From Ostrea edulis (Eukaryota), in contig NC_079172.1 in the NCBI RefSeq assembly GCF_947568905.1, positions 35,712,001-35,776,000 on the forward strand: a stretch of DNA of 64,000 nucleotides, in the 5' to 3' direction. Below the pieces are notes generated by a model, which did no database searches, was not told where the DNA came from, and saw nothing but the letters and a program-made list of their open reading frames with translations. Position numbers and translations under genes: made by a program. This document shows, piece by piece, positions 61,747 through 64,000 of this stretch; position 1 is the first letter of the stretch; each line of letters opens with the position of its first letter.

Positions 61747-63198
61747 ATGGAATCGCTGTTACTGTCTTTCCTTGGGATAATGGTGGGCATGACACACGCA
61801 TGTCCAGAGGTATGCAGGTGCTCAGGAAAAACACTGGACTGTAGCCTCAGAGAGCTGACTGACTGTCCTGTTGTAGTTGAGGATGATTTTCAGATTTGGA
61901 ATTTTAGTGGAAATGAAATACCTAGCTTAACATCCAGAAGTGTTATAAATAGTGTCACCAACGTTGCAAATGTTCTTGATATTAGCAACAATAAAATCAC
62001 AATCGCTGAAGAAAACTTTTTTTTGAACTTCAAAAACTTGGGGGAGTTGCGGATTTCAAACAACAATGTGAATAATTTTGGATTCATCCTTCCTCCAGCA
62101 CTTGAAATACTAATAGCTAGTAATAATTCAATTCAAAGATGGCCAGATATTAATTTACTGCAGCTGCAGCATTTAAAGAAAGTTTATTTTGATCATAATT
62201 TTCTCAAGAGTGTGAGCTGTTCCTCAGATACTAACTTAATATTTAATAGACTTGAAAAATTAGACCTATCCTCAAATAAAATTGATCACATAGATATTTG
62301 TGTATTGCAAAGCATGCCTATTTTACATGAATTAGATATATCATTTAATAAATTGGAGACATTAACAGATGGATTATTCAACTCTAATGCACAATTAGAG
62401 AGGCTAGATTTTTCTGATAATTTGCTAAGAAGCATTCCAAAAGGAATTTTTGAAAAACTACCAAATCTTGCCATCTTGTTATTGTCAGGAAATAGACTTG
62501 TGACTTTTCCCGTACAACTGCCTATACTTGAAGTTCTGGATCTTTCATTTAATCAGATCTCCAATATCAGGGAGCATAACAAAGAGAATGTCTACCCCCA
62601 CGAGTTTCTGTTCCTGGGGGGAAACCCATTTCATTGTGACTGTGGAGTTCAGTGGCTAAAAGAATTCCTGGACACAAGAGAATATCAGTTGCATTACTTG
62701 AACATTCCAGAGGAAAAGTTCATTCCTGTGTGTCAGAGTCCATCTGATTTGATGAACGAATCCTGGAATTACCTAAGTAGTGATTTGTTTGTATGCGATT
62801 TCCAAAACCCTCGAAAGGAAACGGAGTTTGACGATTTAGAAATTCAAAAGAAACTGGAATTAGAAGTGGTTGACATTGGAGATACGTCGGTCAAGTTACG
62901 ATGGAATAGTTTTCGGGACATGACTGTAGCCGAGTCGACTTACCAGTTAAAATACCATCAATTTGGCCACAAAGATAAACAGACCACACACACCTTTAGA
63001 TCCCCCTCTTTGTCATATATTCTCCAGAATCTCACAGCTGGTACAGCCTATGTTATTTGCCTAAGAGAGCTTGTCACATATTCAGAGAACTTAGAATTTG
63101 ACTGTGTAGAGATTATAATGAAAGAGGACAATGTCCTATTTGCATATATGATTTTTGCATGCATATTGTCAATGTTGTTTTATGTCTTCAAGGTGTGA
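61747..63198 (+). CDS. LRR + FN3 + transmembrane protein (FLRT/LRFN-like architecture)
   Basis: Signal peptide MESLLLSFLGIMVGMTHA; LRRNT CPEVCRCSGKTLDCS; repeated LxxLxLSxNxL; LRRCT GGNPFHCDCGVQWL..C; FN3 (SVKLRW..YQLKY..LTAGTAYVICL); hydrophobic VLFAYMIFACILSMLFYVF. ATG at 61747. The 3' end may be spliced at 63194. Confidence 0.85.
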   Translation: MESLLLSFLGIMVGMTHACPEVCRCSGKTLDCSLRELTDCPVVVEDDFQIWNFSGNEIPSLTSRSVINSVTNVANVLDISNNKITIAEENFFLNFKNLGELRISNNNVNNFGFILPPALEILIASNNSIQRWPDINLLQLQHLKKVYFDHNFLKSVSCSSDTNLIFNRLEKLDLSSNKIDHIDICVLQSMPILHELDISFNKLETLTDGLFNSNAQLERLDFSDNLLRSIPKGIFEKLPNLAILLLSGNRLVTFPVQLPILEVLDLSFNQISNIREHNKENVYPHEFLFLGGNPFHCDCGVQWLKEFLDTREYQLHYLNIPEEKFIPVCQSPSDLMNESWNYLSSDLFVCDFQNPRKETEFDDLEIQKKLELEVVDIGDTSVKLRWNSFRDMTVAESTYQLKYHQFGHKDKQTTHTFRSPSLSYILQNLTAGTAYVICLRELVTYSENLEFDCVEIIMKEDNVLFAYMIFACILSMLFYVFKV

Positions 63199-63224
63199 GT
63201 AATAAAACTTTAAATGTCTGCATT

Positions 63225-63652
63225 TTGCTGTCCTTAAATCCTCAATGAGGAGGGGACCTTGGTTTGTTGTCCTGAAATCCTCAATGAGGTGGTGACCTTG
63301 GTTTTTTGTCCTGAAATCCTCAATGAGGTGGTGACCTTGGTTTTTTGTCCGGAAGTCCTCAATGAGGAGAGTGACTTTGGTTTGTTGTCCTGAAATCCCT
63401 AATGAGGTGGTGACCTTGGTTTGTTGTCCTGAAATCCTCAATGAGGTGGTGACCTTGGTTTTGTCCTGAAATCCTCAATGAGGTGGTGACCTTGGTTTTT
63501 TGTCTGGAAGTCCTCAATGAGGAGAGTGACTTTGGTTTGTTGTCCTGAAATCCTCAATGAGGTGGTGGCCTTGGCTTTTTGTCCTGAAATCCTCAATGAG
63601 GTGGTGACCTTGGCTTTTTTTCCTGAAATCCTCAATGAGGTGGTGACTTTGA
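63225..63652. repeat. ~37-bp minisatellite, ~12 copies, directly 3' of the LRR CDS
   Basis: gtcctgaaatcctcaatgaggtggtgaccttggttttt units. Confidence 0.92.
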
Positions 63653-64000
63653 TCAATGAATAGATCGACCTTGTTTTTTTTTTATGGATGATTATCTATG
63701 CATTTGTTGTAAAACATATTGGGAGTTTTAACTTTGTTACTTTTAAAAACTGCATTTACACATGAATGATGCATGATATTAATGTTGGAATCTTATGAGA
63801 TACACAATATATAAATAAAATTAGACATTCGATTTCATCAACAATTTACACTACAGTAAACTCAACTACTCCTCTCCACTTCAGATTCATTAGGTATGTC
63901 ACCACATTGTAAATTTTAAATCTAAAGCATTGGATACAGATTGGTTTTGTTTCTTTGATGTTCCTTTGAGAGTATTTCACTCATATCAGATGTTTAACCA

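Noticed and set aside
63169-63656. Minus-strand repetitive ORFs
   Set aside because: They are translations of the 37-bp minisatellite.

Overview
Eukaryotic, AT-rich, repeat-dense genomic DNA. The repeat families and the C1qDC expansion point to a bivalve, most likely an oyster (inference). (1) 1-22.5 kb: a minus-strand tandem array of two-exon C1q-domain (C1qDC) genes with signal peptide, coiled coil, polybasic RxRR site and gC1q head. Three copies are intact; one has a frameshift and a Naiad-type Penelope-like retroelement (GIY-YIG then RT, with a minimal hammerhead ribozyme fold) inserted in its TATA-like motif; one is a 3' remnant at a microhomology deletion junction. Copies differ mainly in two Tyr/Ser/Gly-rich gC1q segments. 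(2) 27.7 kb: a U3 snoRNA gene on +. (3) 31.3-61.1 kb: a complete 18-exon INTS6 gene on - (879 aa) with a probable GC-AG intron, a candidate poison exon, three locally duplicated splice sites and several intronic minisatellites and MITEs. (4) 61.7-63.2 kb: a divergent LRR-FN3-TM gene whose stop codon overlaps a GTGAGT donor and is followed by AATAAA. Exon boundaries were read by eye; no database search or alignment tool was run.
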